Shown: positions 37,867-46,791 of the stretch, piece after piece
How positions within the stretch are numbered: the stretch's first letter is position 1
Layout of the letters: each line of letters begins with the position of its first letter
Program-made: the position numbers and the translations under genes
The notes under the pieces: model-generated
The model's database searches: none
Told to the model about the DNA's origin: nothing
The model's input: the letters and a program-made list of their open reading frames with translations, nothing else
Assembly: GCA_903893485.1 (NCBI GenBank)
Contig: CAITMK010000011.1
Span: forward strand, 6,636-70,635
Direction of reading: 5' to 3'
DNA: 64,000 nucleotides
Source of the DNA: Candidatus Magasanikiibacteriota bacterium
GTDB taxonomy: Bacteria; Patescibacteriota; Patescibacteriia; Magasanikbacterales; 2-02-FULL-50-9b

Positions 37867-38193
37867 TTAGGATTTGAGTAGCGAAACAATGATTTGAACG
37901 ATACCAACAAAAACAAGTGCGCCAGTCAAATAAGTCATTCGGTTTGCATATTTTTCATTACTCGCACTAAGCTCGGTGTTTGATTTGATACTTTTTTCGG
38001 CGCTTTCTCTAATTGTACCTCGCAGCTGCGCAACACTAAGAGGAATTTGAGTGCTGAGGAGTTGTATGGCTTTTGCAAGTTCCTCTGATTTTTCTCCAGT
38101 AAACAATGCTGCTGCTGCATTTACACTAACGTCGGCGGTGGAATGCGGATTATCTTTATATCGACTTAATAATTCGGTTGGGGTCATTGGCAT
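37867..38193 (-). CDS. Hypothetical C-terminally membrane-anchored protein
   Basis: MPMTPTELL...; C-terminal TM (LTGALVFVGIVQIIVSLL); the start lies 2 nt after the stop of the upstream gene. Confidence 0.35.
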   Translation of the reverse strand: MPMTPTELLSRYKDNPHSTADVSVNAAAALFTGEKSEELAKAIQLLSTQIPLSVAQLRGTIRESAEKSIKSNTELSASNEKYANRMTYLTGALVFVGIVQIIVSLLKS

Positions 38194-38195
38194 AG

Positions 38196-39245
38196 TTATT
38201 TGTTGCGCAGAAGAGCACGAAAAAGAGCCAAGATACCTGAAGCAAAAAAAGCAAAAGTAAAGTTGTATTGGATGATTGTAACAATCAAGGAAATCAACCA
38301 GAGGGCAAAGGAAATCACAATGAAGAGCCAAAACCACTGAATAACAAAAAGGAAAACGTTGAATTTGAAACCAGAAGAAGTTTCATTTATGACGTTATTT
38401 TTAAGGTTCGGTATATCCTCATTTTCGAGGTCGGCTATATCATCCTGTTTATTGATAGTAGGCTTTTTATTTAGAAAAAACTCAACACGTTCCAGCACCT
38501 CTTTACCAGACCTAAACTCATTATAAGATATGCCGACATATTTTTCGGATTTTTCTTCAAATAATTGCTCAAGAACTTTATTTAGGTGCTCTCTAGCACT
38601 TTCTAATTCCGCTTCAGACATCACATCCCGTTTTGTTTTCGGATACGAAATTATATCTAAATCTTCGGACTCGTCCATTATTTGTAAACCCGTTTCATCT
38701 GACTTGAGTGCCATTTCTACTTTGAGCGTCGCATCCTTTATTTTTTCTGATAACTGTCGTAAATATCGACGGTGGTCATTTGGAGTAATTATTTCAGGAT
38801 GCTTGGAAAGGATATACATTGAGACAGGGTTACCCGCCCAGCCCTCGTGCCACTCAACCTCTTTTTTGAGGCCGTCAATAAGCTCATCGGTCGAGGTAAT
38901 GAAATCAAGCCAATCTTTCCCCTCTCGTTCTTTGCGAATAGCTGACTCTAAAACGACCCCGTCTTTTACACTGTATCGTTCTGGTGGTTCGTGCTTTTGT
39001 TCAATGAGTCGCGTTTCTACCTTTATAGGATTAGTTTTTATACGGTATTCGAATTTGTCGGTGTAATAATCATATTCAAGACTCATCATTGATTGATAAG
39101 TCTTTGTTTCTGGGTATACGTCAAAAGTACAATCACCAAAGGTGAGTGTACCGTTGCCATCTTCTTCAAAAATTTCTATTTCCATAAAATTGGTATACCC
39201 ATAATAGGATACATACACTTTCCCATATTGAGACCTAAAAATCAA
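38196..39245 (-). CDS. Hypothetical protein with soluble N-terminal domain and two C-terminal TM helices
   Basis: 349 aa; acidic coiled N-terminal region; C-terminal FNVFLFVIQWFWLFIVISFALWLISLIVTII plus a second TM. Confidence 0.45.
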   Translation of the reverse strand: MIFRSQYGKVYVSYYGYTNFMEIEIFEEDGNGTLTFGDCTFDVYPETKTYQSMMSLEYDYYTDKFEYRIKTNPIKVETRLIEQKHEPPERYSVKDGVVLESAIRKEREGKDWLDFITSTDELIDGLKKEVEWHEGWAGNPVSMYILSKHPEIITPNDHRRYLRQLSEKIKDATLKVEMALKSDETGLQIMDESEDLDIISYPKTKRDVMSEAELESAREHLNKVLEQLFEEKSEKYVGISYNEFRSGKEVLERVEFFLNKKPTINKQDDIADLENEDIPNLKNNVINETSSGFKFNVFLFVIQWFWLFIVISFALWLISLIVTIIQYNFTFAFFASGILALFRALLRNK

Positions 39246-39250
39246 CTATA

Positions 39251-39868
39251 TTAGTGACATTGTGGACTTAAACTGCGGTTTGGGTACGCCTGCAATAGGT
39301 CTGTGAGCGAGCCAAAAGATTTAAGATATTTAGGACTTAAACTTCGCCACGCACTGCATGATGCTGGATAATACAGCTTGGCTGAGCCGTACGATGAAGT
39401 GTAATATGCCGGCGCTTCCTGCGTTGGTGGCGTGATTGGCAAAATGGTTGGTGCTGGTGCTTCATTTACCACAACCGGTGCTGTAGTTATTTGCGGCACA
39501 AACACTGGAGCTGCCAGCTCTGAATTTGTAGCAGCCTTAGTAGGCTTTGTTTGCGGTGATTTATAGTGAGTGAGCCAATCTGTCGAAATTTCTTTTTGCG
39601 CCTCGTCAATGGTCATTTTACCGGTGCAGACTTGTTTGTGTAGCTTGTTTTCAAAAACGTCTTTGACTCGTGACCCATTATTTATACCATACGCTTCAGG
39701 CCACAAATTTGAAATGTCATTACTGCCACCAAGTTCAAGACTGATGAGATGGTCAACTTCGTAATTGCTGCGGCGGCTGTATGGAATACCATATTCTGCG
39801 AATACCTGTTTTTTCTCGGTCGTGGTTACATTGCGCACCGTCTTTGTGTAACCGGTTTTACAAATCAC
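39251..39868 (-). CDS. Secreted HNH endonuclease (annotated from an internal GTG; in-frame signal-peptide-like sequence continues upstream to about 40033)
   Basis: HNH motif YEVDHLISLELGGSNDISNLWP; Pro/Thr-rich linker. Upstream in frame: KSSHFITPIAFALSLFIITPAFA|DYG (a signal peptide with an AFA cleavage site) but no ATG/GTG/TTG before it. Confidence 0.6.
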   Translation of the reverse strand: MICKTGYTKTVRNVTTTEKKQVFAEYGIPYSRRSNYEVDHLISLELGGSNDISNLWPEAYGINNGSRVKDVFENKLHKQVCTGKMTIDEAQKEISTDWLTHYKSPQTKPTKAATNSELAAPVFVPQITTAPVVVNEAPAPTILPITPPTQEAPAYYTSSYGSAKLYYPASCSAWRSLSPKYLKSFGSLTDLLQAYPNRSLSPQCH

Positions 39869-40097
39869 CGAAATGTCAGTGGTGAGAACTGCGCCCGGCG
39901 TACATGCAGGGTCTTGATATGCGGTGTTACCAACGCAACCAACTGTTTTGGTTTGTACGCCGTAATCAGCAAATGCAGGCGTAATAATGAATAACGAAAG
40001 CGCGAACGCGATGGGGGTAATGAAATGGGAGGATTTTATAGGGGTTTATTTTTAGGGAAAATATCACGAATTATTTTGCTGCTTGATTAGGCGTATT

Positions 40098-41153
40098 TTA
40101 CTGTAGCTCAACACTCGTGCCATCCCAGTCACTCCAACGACCTGTTGCGACTGTTCTGATGCCGTTGCTTATGTTGACCTGAACACTCGAATTTGGATAA
40201 TTTTGCTTCAGTGATTTCACGAGGCTGGTTACAAAATCTTTTTTAGTCGTATCGGTCGCATATGCCCATGAAATATTAGTTACGTCTGCAGCCAAGGTTG
40301 CTGCGGTAACTTTCCCTCGATAGTCACTTTCATCGCCACCTGCAGCGTAGTCTTTCTCAGCATCATCTGGTGCTTGAAGATTAACAGCACCATCGAAACC
40401 GACTGATTTATAAAGTGTAATGAAGGTTGTCGCGGTTTGTGCGGCCATGGAGTTGTTACCAAGGTTCGTATCAAATTTCTGACGCTGCGAAATCGTCGCC
40501 TGAAGCGCTTGTGGTGAGATAATGAATGCGCCGGTAAATTTACTCGCATCGTTAATTTCTGGAACGAATTTGACGCGGTAGTCAGCACCAGCGATGTTGA
40601 AATTGCCCGCAATACCTAGAACACTTTTATCTGCTACAGCGTCAGTTGATGTTATAAAGAAGTTTTTTACTGCTAGTGTTTTATAGTCGTACGTGACGTC
40701 AAGCGATATATCACCATTCTGATACGTTTCGTCCCATTCGTAATTGGCTGCTTGCAGTTCTGATTTACTTGGTGTTGCAGCATCTTTTGGTTTACCGCCA
40801 AGTGCAGCGCGAATTTGTGTGATGTTTTTTCCAAATAACGATGGAATATCAAATGATGGTTTTGGCTGCGGTGGCACTTCTGCAACAGCCTGCTGTACAT
40901 CTGGCTTATTTTCTGGCGCAGCGGCTGGTATGGAAGTTGTCAGCTGATTTTGATTTGTAGCTGCAACGGTCGCCGGTTTTGGAGGCGCTGGAGGTGCAGT
41001 GGCAGCAACACCAAAAAAGCCAACGATAAATGTAATACCGCAGACCATAAGAACACGTTTGCGGGATGGAAGTTTAATCCGTGCCGGATTGATTAAGCCT
41101 ACGATGCCTACAACAATAGAGCCGAGTAAAATGATGACAAAAATGCCTGACAT
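40098..41153 (-). CDS. Hypothetical membrane-anchored protein with Pro-rich linker
   Basis: Two N-terminal TMs, APPAPPKPATVAAT linker and a roughly 250 aa extracytoplasmic domain. Confidence 0.45.
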   Translation of the reverse strand: MSGIFVIILLGSIVVGIVGLINPARIKLPSRKRVLMVCGITFIVGFFGVAATAPPAPPKPATVAATNQNQLTTSIPAAAPENKPDVQQAVAEVPPQPKPSFDIPSLFGKNITQIRAALGGKPKDAATPSKSELQAANYEWDETYQNGDISLDVTYDYKTLAVKNFFITSTDAVADKSVLGIAGNFNIAGADYRVKFVPEINDASKFTGAFIISPQALQATISQRQKFDTNLGNNSMAAQTATTFITLYKSVGFDGAVNLQAPDDAEKDYAAGGDESDYRGKVTAATLAADVTNISWAYATDTTKKDFVTSLVKSLKQNYPNSSVQVNISNGIRTVATGRWSDWDGTSVELQ

Positions 41154-41458
41154 ATTTTTATACAACTGGGTATTTTGCAATATGCCACGATGGATTTTGC
41201 ATTATACAATTTGAATAAAACCGGATTGTCTTAAATAAAAAAAGCGACACCCGGGGTGTCGAAGCCCAACTTAAGCACAGGTCGTGCTGAGGTTGTTTTA
41301 CCGGGCGCCGCTTTCATCGCGCGACCTGGAAAAATAGCCAAATGGCCTACTTAAGTTGAACTTCGACCAAAACAATATAGCTTAAAATTTTGACTAAGTA
41401 AAGCCGTAGTAACTTTTGCGGCAATGAGGTAAAATTAATGATACATAATGCATAAAAT

Positions 41459-43147
41459 ATGGCAGAAGATGACAAAAGCGTTTCAAACCTAGTTGCTCGT
41501 CTCAAGAACACAATTGGTGTTGAAAAACAGGCCGAACAAGACCTTGAAAACATGCGTTATGTTGCTTATGTTCGTAAAAGCACTGACGATGGCGTCCACC
41601 AGCTTCGTTCAATTGGCGACCAAATCAAAGAATGCAGAGATTTGGCGATAAGAATAGGTGTCGGAAGAGTACCTATTGTACCCGAAGAACAATCGGCTAA
41701 AATTTCCGATAAACGTCCTAAATTTCGGCAAATGCTGAACGATATCGTCGATGGTAAATATGATGGGATTATTGCTTGGGCTCCTGACCGTCTAGCGCGC
41801 AATATGAAAGAAGGTGGTGAAATCATCGACCTGCTTGACCGTGGCGTAATCAAAGACATTAAGTTCGCTAACAATTATATGTTTAGCAACGACCCATCAG
41901 GTAAAATGTTGCTCGGCATTGCGTTTGTAATGGCAAAACAGTATTCAGACCAACATGGGCAAAATGTGAAACGTGGCTTTGACCACCTAACAGAAGACGG
42001 AAAGTGTGGTGGTGCAGCAAAGCATGGATACTACAAAGACCAGCATAAGTTTTTACAACCAGATGGTGAGAATTGGACGCTTATTAAGCGGGCGTTTGAA
42101 ATGCGTTTAGATAAAAAAAGCCTTAAAGAAATTTCAGAGTTTTTAGAGGAGGCTGGATACCCGCTGCAAACGAAACACAGTAAACGTACCTCAATAAATG
42201 TAAATGTAAAATTTGTATCCGACATGTTTCGTGACCCATTTTATGCTGGTGCAATGGTTCGAGGCGACAAAATTATTGAATTGTCAAAAAAATATAAATT
42301 CACGCCAATTATTACATCAGAACAGTTTGATGAGATGACAACCTTAGATAAGATTAGTAAAACATTTCGCCTGACTGAGGCAATCAAAGAGAGAGGGTCA
42401 GTAAGGGCAGATTTGATGCGTAAGATGATTATTTGCGCACACTGCAAGCGCTTCATGTCGGCGAGTATAAATGAAAAGCACACAACACTTAAAAGTGGTG
42501 AACGGCGCGAGATAAACTATCTTAGATATAGGTGCGATACCGGAGGTTGTAAAAGAAAAGGGAAAACGGTTAGAGCAAAGATTATCTGTGACGCGGCGTT
42601 TGAATTTCTTAAAACGCACCCAATGAACATAAATGAGGGTTATGAAGCCTATGCGCGTGAAATGGAACGACAAGCGGTACTTCAAGGCACGGACGTCGCA
42701 ACGCGACTGCAATCACTTAAGCAGCGCCGCGTGGTTATCATCAATCGTAAGAGCATTGCAAGGCAGGATATGGAGGAATATGCGCCTGACCCTCTGATGC
42801 GCAAAGAGTTTGCAAGTGAATTTCGAAATCAGACACAACTGCTAAAAGACATTGATAAACTCATTGATGAGACTGAGCAAGAAAAAGAGGGTAAAAAATC
42901 AGCAAATAAGAGCCTCATGGAATTCATCGAACTATTCAATAATTTGACTAAGGTTATACAAAATTATAAGCACATGGAGGACTTGGATTATGTGATGAAA
43001 AAAGTGTTCTCGAACTTTGAAACTGATGGTAAAAAAGTGACTAAGATAACACAAAACTCCCCTTTCAGGGAGCTGTGTGAGCCAGTTAAGGCTGTAAATT
43101 GTACTAATATAGTGCTAACGGGAATCGAACCCGTCTTCTTAGATTGA
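41459..43147 (+). CDS. Large serine recombinase (phage-integrase-type)
   Basis: N-terminal resolvase catalytic domain YVAYVRKSTDDGV...SIGDQ (nucleophilic Ser), recombinase domain, zinc-ribbon CAHCKRF...YLRYRCDTGGC and a coiled-coil tail. The last about 12 codons are the reverse complement of the tRNA-Glu TΨC arm. Confidence 0.85.
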   Translation: MAEDDKSVSNLVARLKNTIGVEKQAEQDLENMRYVAYVRKSTDDGVHQLRSIGDQIKECRDLAIRIGVGRVPIVPEEQSAKISDKRPKFRQMLNDIVDGKYDGIIAWAPDRLARNMKEGGEIIDLLDRGVIKDIKFANNYMFSNDPSGKMLLGIAFVMAKQYSDQHGQNVKRGFDHLTEDGKCGGAAKHGYYKDQHKFLQPDGENWTLIKRAFEMRLDKKSLKEISEFLEEAGYPLQTKHSKRTSINVNVKFVSDMFRDPFYAGAMVRGDKIIELSKKYKFTPIITSEQFDEMTTLDKISKTFRLTEAIKERGSVRADLMRKMIICAHCKRFMSASINEKHTTLKSGERREINYLRYRCDTGGCKRKGKTVRAKIICDAAFEFLKTHPMNINEGYEAYAREMERQAVLQGTDVATRLQSLKQRRVVIINRKSIARQDMEEYAPDPLMRKEFASEFRNQTQLLKDIDKLIDETEQEKEGKKSANKSLMEFIELFNNLTKVIQNYKHMEDLDYVMKKVFSNFETDGKKVTKITQNSPFRELCEPVKAVNCTNIVLTGIEPVFLD

Positions 43148-43181
43148 GAATCTAATGTCCTAACCGATAGACGATAGCACC
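43110..43181 (-). tRNA. tRNA-Glu (anticodon CTC)
   Basis: Minus strand: GGTGCTATCGTCTATCGGTTAGGACATTAGATTCTCAATCTAAGAAGACGGGTTCGATTCCCGTTAGCACT; perfect anticodon stem TTAGA/TCTAA, loop TTCTCAA; G1·U72. Confidence 0.7.
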
Positions 43182-43362
43182 AAGTGAGGAGCAACGTCCA
43201 CGCTTGCGTGGACGGTTGTTCCGAACGCCGGTGCGCGCTTTCGCAAAGCGAAAGCCTAGCAGCCAGCCGAATATCGCTGGCATCATTCTATCAATTCCCA
43301 CCAAAAATTTCAAGATGTACCAAAAAAGCATTATGTCCGTATTGCTTATGTAATTTTTATTT

Positions 43363-43839
43363 ATGAAAAAATCATCATCAGTTTTTCTTGCACTTAGTGC
43401 AGCATTGTTAGTCATGGGAGGTGCGGGTTGTGCATCTGCTACCGACGATCAGCCAGCGGTTGCGCCGGCTCCACAACAAATCGAAAAGCAAGCTCCAGCG
43501 CCAGCAGCTGTGGCACCAGTTGCAACATCCACTGAGGCAGTTCCTGCGGCTGCAGTTGATAAAACAGTAAAGGAATTTTCAATCACCGGTAAAAATTGGG
43601 AATGGGATCCAAATACGATTACCGTGAAAAAAGGTGACAAAGTTCATCTCAAACTTACTGGCATGGATGAAACACATGGGTTTGCAATTCGCGAATATGG
43701 AATTAATGTAAATATGCCAGAAGGCACCACACAGACCGTTGATTTTGTGGCAGACAAAGCGGGTACATTTGAATTCCGTTGTTCAGTGCCATGCGGCTCT
43801 GGTCATCGTGAAATGGTTGGTAAACTTATTGTTCAGTAA
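43363..43839 (+). CDS. Lipoprotein with CuA-type cupredoxin domain (cytochrome oxidase subunit II-like copper site)
   Basis: Signal plus lipobox (GAGC); copper ligands in COX2-like spacing: H...(35 aa)...CSVPCGSGHREM, i.e. C-x3-C-x3-H-x2-M. Confidence 0.55.
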   Translation: MKKSSSVFLALSAALLVMGGAGCASATDDQPAVAPAPQQIEKQAPAPAAVAPVATSTEAVPAAAVDKTVKEFSITGKNWEWDPNTITVKKGDKVHLKLTGMDETHGFAIREYGINVNMPEGTTQTVDFVADKAGTFEFRCSVPCGSGHREMVGKLIVQ

Positions 43840-43848
43840 ATAGCAACA

Positions 43849-43880
43849 TAAAACCGTCGGGCTTAGGTTCGACGGTTTTA
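43849..43880 (+). terminator. Rho-independent terminator
   Basis: AAACCGTCGggcttaggttCGACGGTTTTAt. Confidence 0.6.
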
Positions 43881-43929
43881 TAATTGACAAAAACCAAAAA
43901 ATGCGCTACTGTTTTTGTGGAGGTGAATC

Positions 43930-44742
43930 ATGAATTTTGAACCAAAGCGCAATGAACCGCAATTTAATTTGGGGCGCGTCGACGAAATCTTGCTGTCTGA
44001 TGGTGCGCAATTTGAGACAATGGGGTTTGATGCCCAAGCGCCAGTACTGGGTCTGCTGTCCAGACGCGAGCAGCGTAATACGCAGGCACTCATCAGCCGG
44101 CTGGAAGGAAATCCGCATTTCCAAGCGCCACGTGAGGATGACTTGGCCGCGCCGTACGGTAGTTACCTGGGCCGTCACGTGATCGGCTTTGGTACGCGGA
44201 TCCAAGGTGGTGTGTACATGGGGCGCAAGCCGCGCGAAGCGATTGTCGTGGATGCGACGTCAAAGGTGGTTCGTCGCCTACATTACAAGCTGCGCTTGCA
44301 ACTGCTCATCTTCACGGCGCAGCATCTCTGGACGCGTCGAGGGAGTATTGATCGGGGGCAGATTCAGCGCGAGCAACTCAAGTTCATCATGCGTTTTGTG
44401 CAACGGACGCTCGTGTTCGATAACCACGCAGTGACCGCGCTCATTGAATTTTACGGCGCAAAGCACGACGTAAAATTGTCCCTGAACGCCTTCATTGAAG
44501 CGCGCGTTGGGGTGTGCCGCCACCAAGTGTGCTTGTATGGTGTGCTGGTTGAGTTGTTGCAGGAAGACGGTTTGCTTGGCGGCAAAGTGTCGGTGCAGCG
44601 GGCTCGATTCGCACGGTTCAGCCACGCGTGGGTCCGGTTCACGAGCCAATGGGGGCAAGTGTACATCATCGATCCGGCGCAAGACCGTTTTGCCAACCTC
44701 AGTGAAATGGGGGAAATGGAGCGAGAATTTTACAGTATTTAG
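43930..44742 (+). CDS. Transglutaminase-like cysteine protease superfamily protein (GC-rich cassette)
   Basis: Cys-His-Asp arrangement GVCRHQVCLYGVLVELL ... FSHAWVRF ... YIIDPAQD typical of transglutaminase-like cores. Own promoter (TTGACA-17-TACTGT), SD GGAGGTG and downstream terminator. Confidence 0.5.
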   Translation: MNFEPKRNEPQFNLGRVDEILLSDGAQFETMGFDAQAPVLGLLSRREQRNTQALISRLEGNPHFQAPREDDLAAPYGSYLGRHVIGFGTRIQGGVYMGRKPREAIVVDATSKVVRRLHYKLRLQLLIFTAQHLWTRRGSIDRGQIQREQLKFIMRFVQRTLVFDNHAVTALIEFYGAKHDVKLSLNAFIEARVGVCRHQVCLYGVLVELLQEDGLLGGKVSVQRARFARFSHAWVRFTSQWGQVYIIDPAQDRFANLSEMGEMEREFYSI

Positions 44743-44889
44743 GCCAGGAAAAGCGGCAAACAGCGCGGAATTCTCCAGGAGGGGAGGTTCCGCGCTCATT
44801 TTTTATTTAGCCTCAGCCTTAAAACTTGATTTAATTCGGCTTCTGTGATACACTTTTGCAATCTGAAAAACCGCTAAACGCCTCAAAAT

Positions 44890-46692
44890 ATGGATATTCG
44901 AAACATCGCGATCATCGCGCACGTTGACCACGGCAAAACCACGCTCGTGGATGCTTTGCTAAAACTTACTCATACCAAAATTGGTAACGAACGTCCAATG
45001 GAACGCGTGATGGACAACAACGATTTGGAACGTGAACGCGGTATTACTATTTTCTCTAAAAATGCATCCATTCATTACGGAGACACCAAAATTAATATTA
45101 TCGACACCCCAGGCCACGCTGACTTTGGTGGTGAAGTTGAACGTGTTTTGAAAATGGCTGATGGCGCACTTTTGCTCGTTGATGCAAAAGAAGGTCCAAT
45201 GCCACAGACTAAATTCGTTTTGAAAAAAGCAATTAACTTGGGGCTCCGCGTTATTGTGGTTATCAACAAAATCGATAAGAAAGATGCACGTTGCGAATAT
45301 GTGCTCAACACAACCTTTGATTTGTTTGGCGCACTTGGTGCAAGCGATCGCCAGCTCGACTTCCCAGTTATTTACGCTGCAGCAATTGCGGGCAAGGCTG
45401 GCTACGAAGACAACTTGGAAGCAATGACCGATATCACTCCAATTCTTGATACCGTAATTAAGGAAGTTCCACCACCAACCGGTGATGCAGAAGCGCCACT
45501 CCAAATGCTTGTGGTTTCACTTCGCATGGACAACTATAAGGGTAAGCTCGCGATTGGCCGTATCTTTAATGGCCGTGTGAAAAAAGGCGACACCATTATG
45601 CACATCAATCGCGATGGTAAAATGACCAAGCAAAAAGTTACCGCGCTCATGGCGTTCGAAGGTTTGGAAACAACTGAAATCGAGCACGCACAGGCTGGTG
45701 ACATTATTTTGCTCGCTGGTATCCCAGATGTTTCAATTGGTGACACCGTTGCAGATGCAACAAACCCAATTGCACTCGACATGCTCGACATCGAACAGCC
45801 AACCGTGAAAATGACATTCCGCGTGAATGACTCACCATTTAACGGCAAACAGGCTGGTACCAAAAATACTTCACGCCTTCTTCGTGAACGTTTGGACAAG
45901 GAACTTGAAACAGACGTTGCACTTCGCGTCGAGCAGGGCGACAGTGCTGACAACTTTATTGTGTCAGGCCGTGGTGAATTGCACCTTGCAATTTTGATCG
46001 AAAAAATGCGTCGTGAAGGTTTTGAATTGCAGGTTACCCGTCCACAGGTGGTTACGCACATGGAAAATGGTGTTGAAATGGAACCAGCTGAAGATGTATA
46101 CGTTGAAGTTCCAGAAACATATGCAGGTACCGTTATCGAAAAGCTTGGTAAACGCCGTGGTGAAATGAAAAACTACGCTGTGCAGGAAGGCCACGCGCAG
46201 GTGCATTTCCTTATCCCAACTCGTGGGCTTATTGGCTACCGTAATGAATTCATGACCGACACCAAGGGTACCGGTATCTTGAACTCACTTTTTAATGGAT
46301 TCATTCCATGGGTACAGAACTTGTCAACAAGCAATCACAGTTCACTTATTGCGTACGAATCTGGTGTTACCACCGGTTACGCGCTTGAATCAGCGGGTGA
46401 ACGCGGTCAATTGTTTGTGGGTCCAGCAACAGAAGTTTATGCTGGTCAAGTTGTTGGTCAGAATGCTAAAGACGAAGATCTTGAAGTTAATGTGTGTAAG
46501 GAAAAACGTTTGTCTAACATGCGTTCATCTGGCGCGGACATGGCAGTTAAATTGGAACCACATCGCACACTCACCCTTGAAGAAGCTATTGAATATATTA
46601 GCGACGATGAATGGGTAGAAATTGTTCCAAGCGAAATTCGTATTCGTAAGCAGTGGTTAAGTCCGAATGATCGTAAGAAAAACGGAAGATAA
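44890..46692 (+). CDS. typA: Translational GTPase TypA/BipA
   Basis: IRNIAIIAHVDHGKTTLVDALL (G1), DTPGHADFGGEVER (G3), NKIDK (G4), EF-G-like domains; 600 aa. Confidence 0.9.
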   Translation: MDIRNIAIIAHVDHGKTTLVDALLKLTHTKIGNERPMERVMDNNDLERERGITIFSKNASIHYGDTKINIIDTPGHADFGGEVERVLKMADGALLLVDAKEGPMPQTKFVLKKAINLGLRVIVVINKIDKKDARCEYVLNTTFDLFGALGASDRQLDFPVIYAAAIAGKAGYEDNLEAMTDITPILDTVIKEVPPPTGDAEAPLQMLVVSLRMDNYKGKLAIGRIFNGRVKKGDTIMHINRDGKMTKQKVTALMAFEGLETTEIEHAQAGDIILLAGIPDVSIGDTVADATNPIALDMLDIEQPTVKMTFRVNDSPFNGKQAGTKNTSRLLRERLDKELETDVALRVEQGDSADNFIVSGRGELHLAILIEKMRREGFELQVTRPQVVTHMENGVEMEPAEDVYVEVPETYAGTVIEKLGKRRGEMKNYAVQEGHAQVHFLIPTRGLIGYRNEFMTDTKGTGILNSLFNGFIPWVQNLSTSNHSSLIAYESGVTTGYALESAGERGQLFVGPATEVYAGQVVGQNAKDEDLEVNVCKEKRLSNMRSSGADMAVKLEPHRTLTLEEAIEYISDDEWVEIVPSEIRIRKQWLSPNDRKKNGR

Positions 46693-46791
46693 TTTCTTGT
46701 TTTCTTTCTTAAGAGTTTGCTCACAACTCCCGCCTTTGGCGGGAGTTCGCTTTTATTGGTTTAGATCTCTTAAGAAAGAAAACAAGAAATT
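46691..46791. repeat. Nested perfect inverted repeat (25-bp arms) enclosing a terminator-like hairpin
   Basis: AATTTCTTGTTTTCTTTCTTAAGAG (46691–46715) is exactly complementary to CTCTTAAGAAAGAAAACAAGAAATT (46767–46791); the inner hairpin AACTCCCGCCtttgGCGGGAGTT is followed by cgcttttatt. Confidence 0.7.

Noticed and set aside
41347-41553. 68-aa minus-strand ORF in the recombinase promoter region
   Set aside because: It overlaps the recombinase start and the divergent intergenic region, has no SD, and reads as low-complexity. It is probably spurious.
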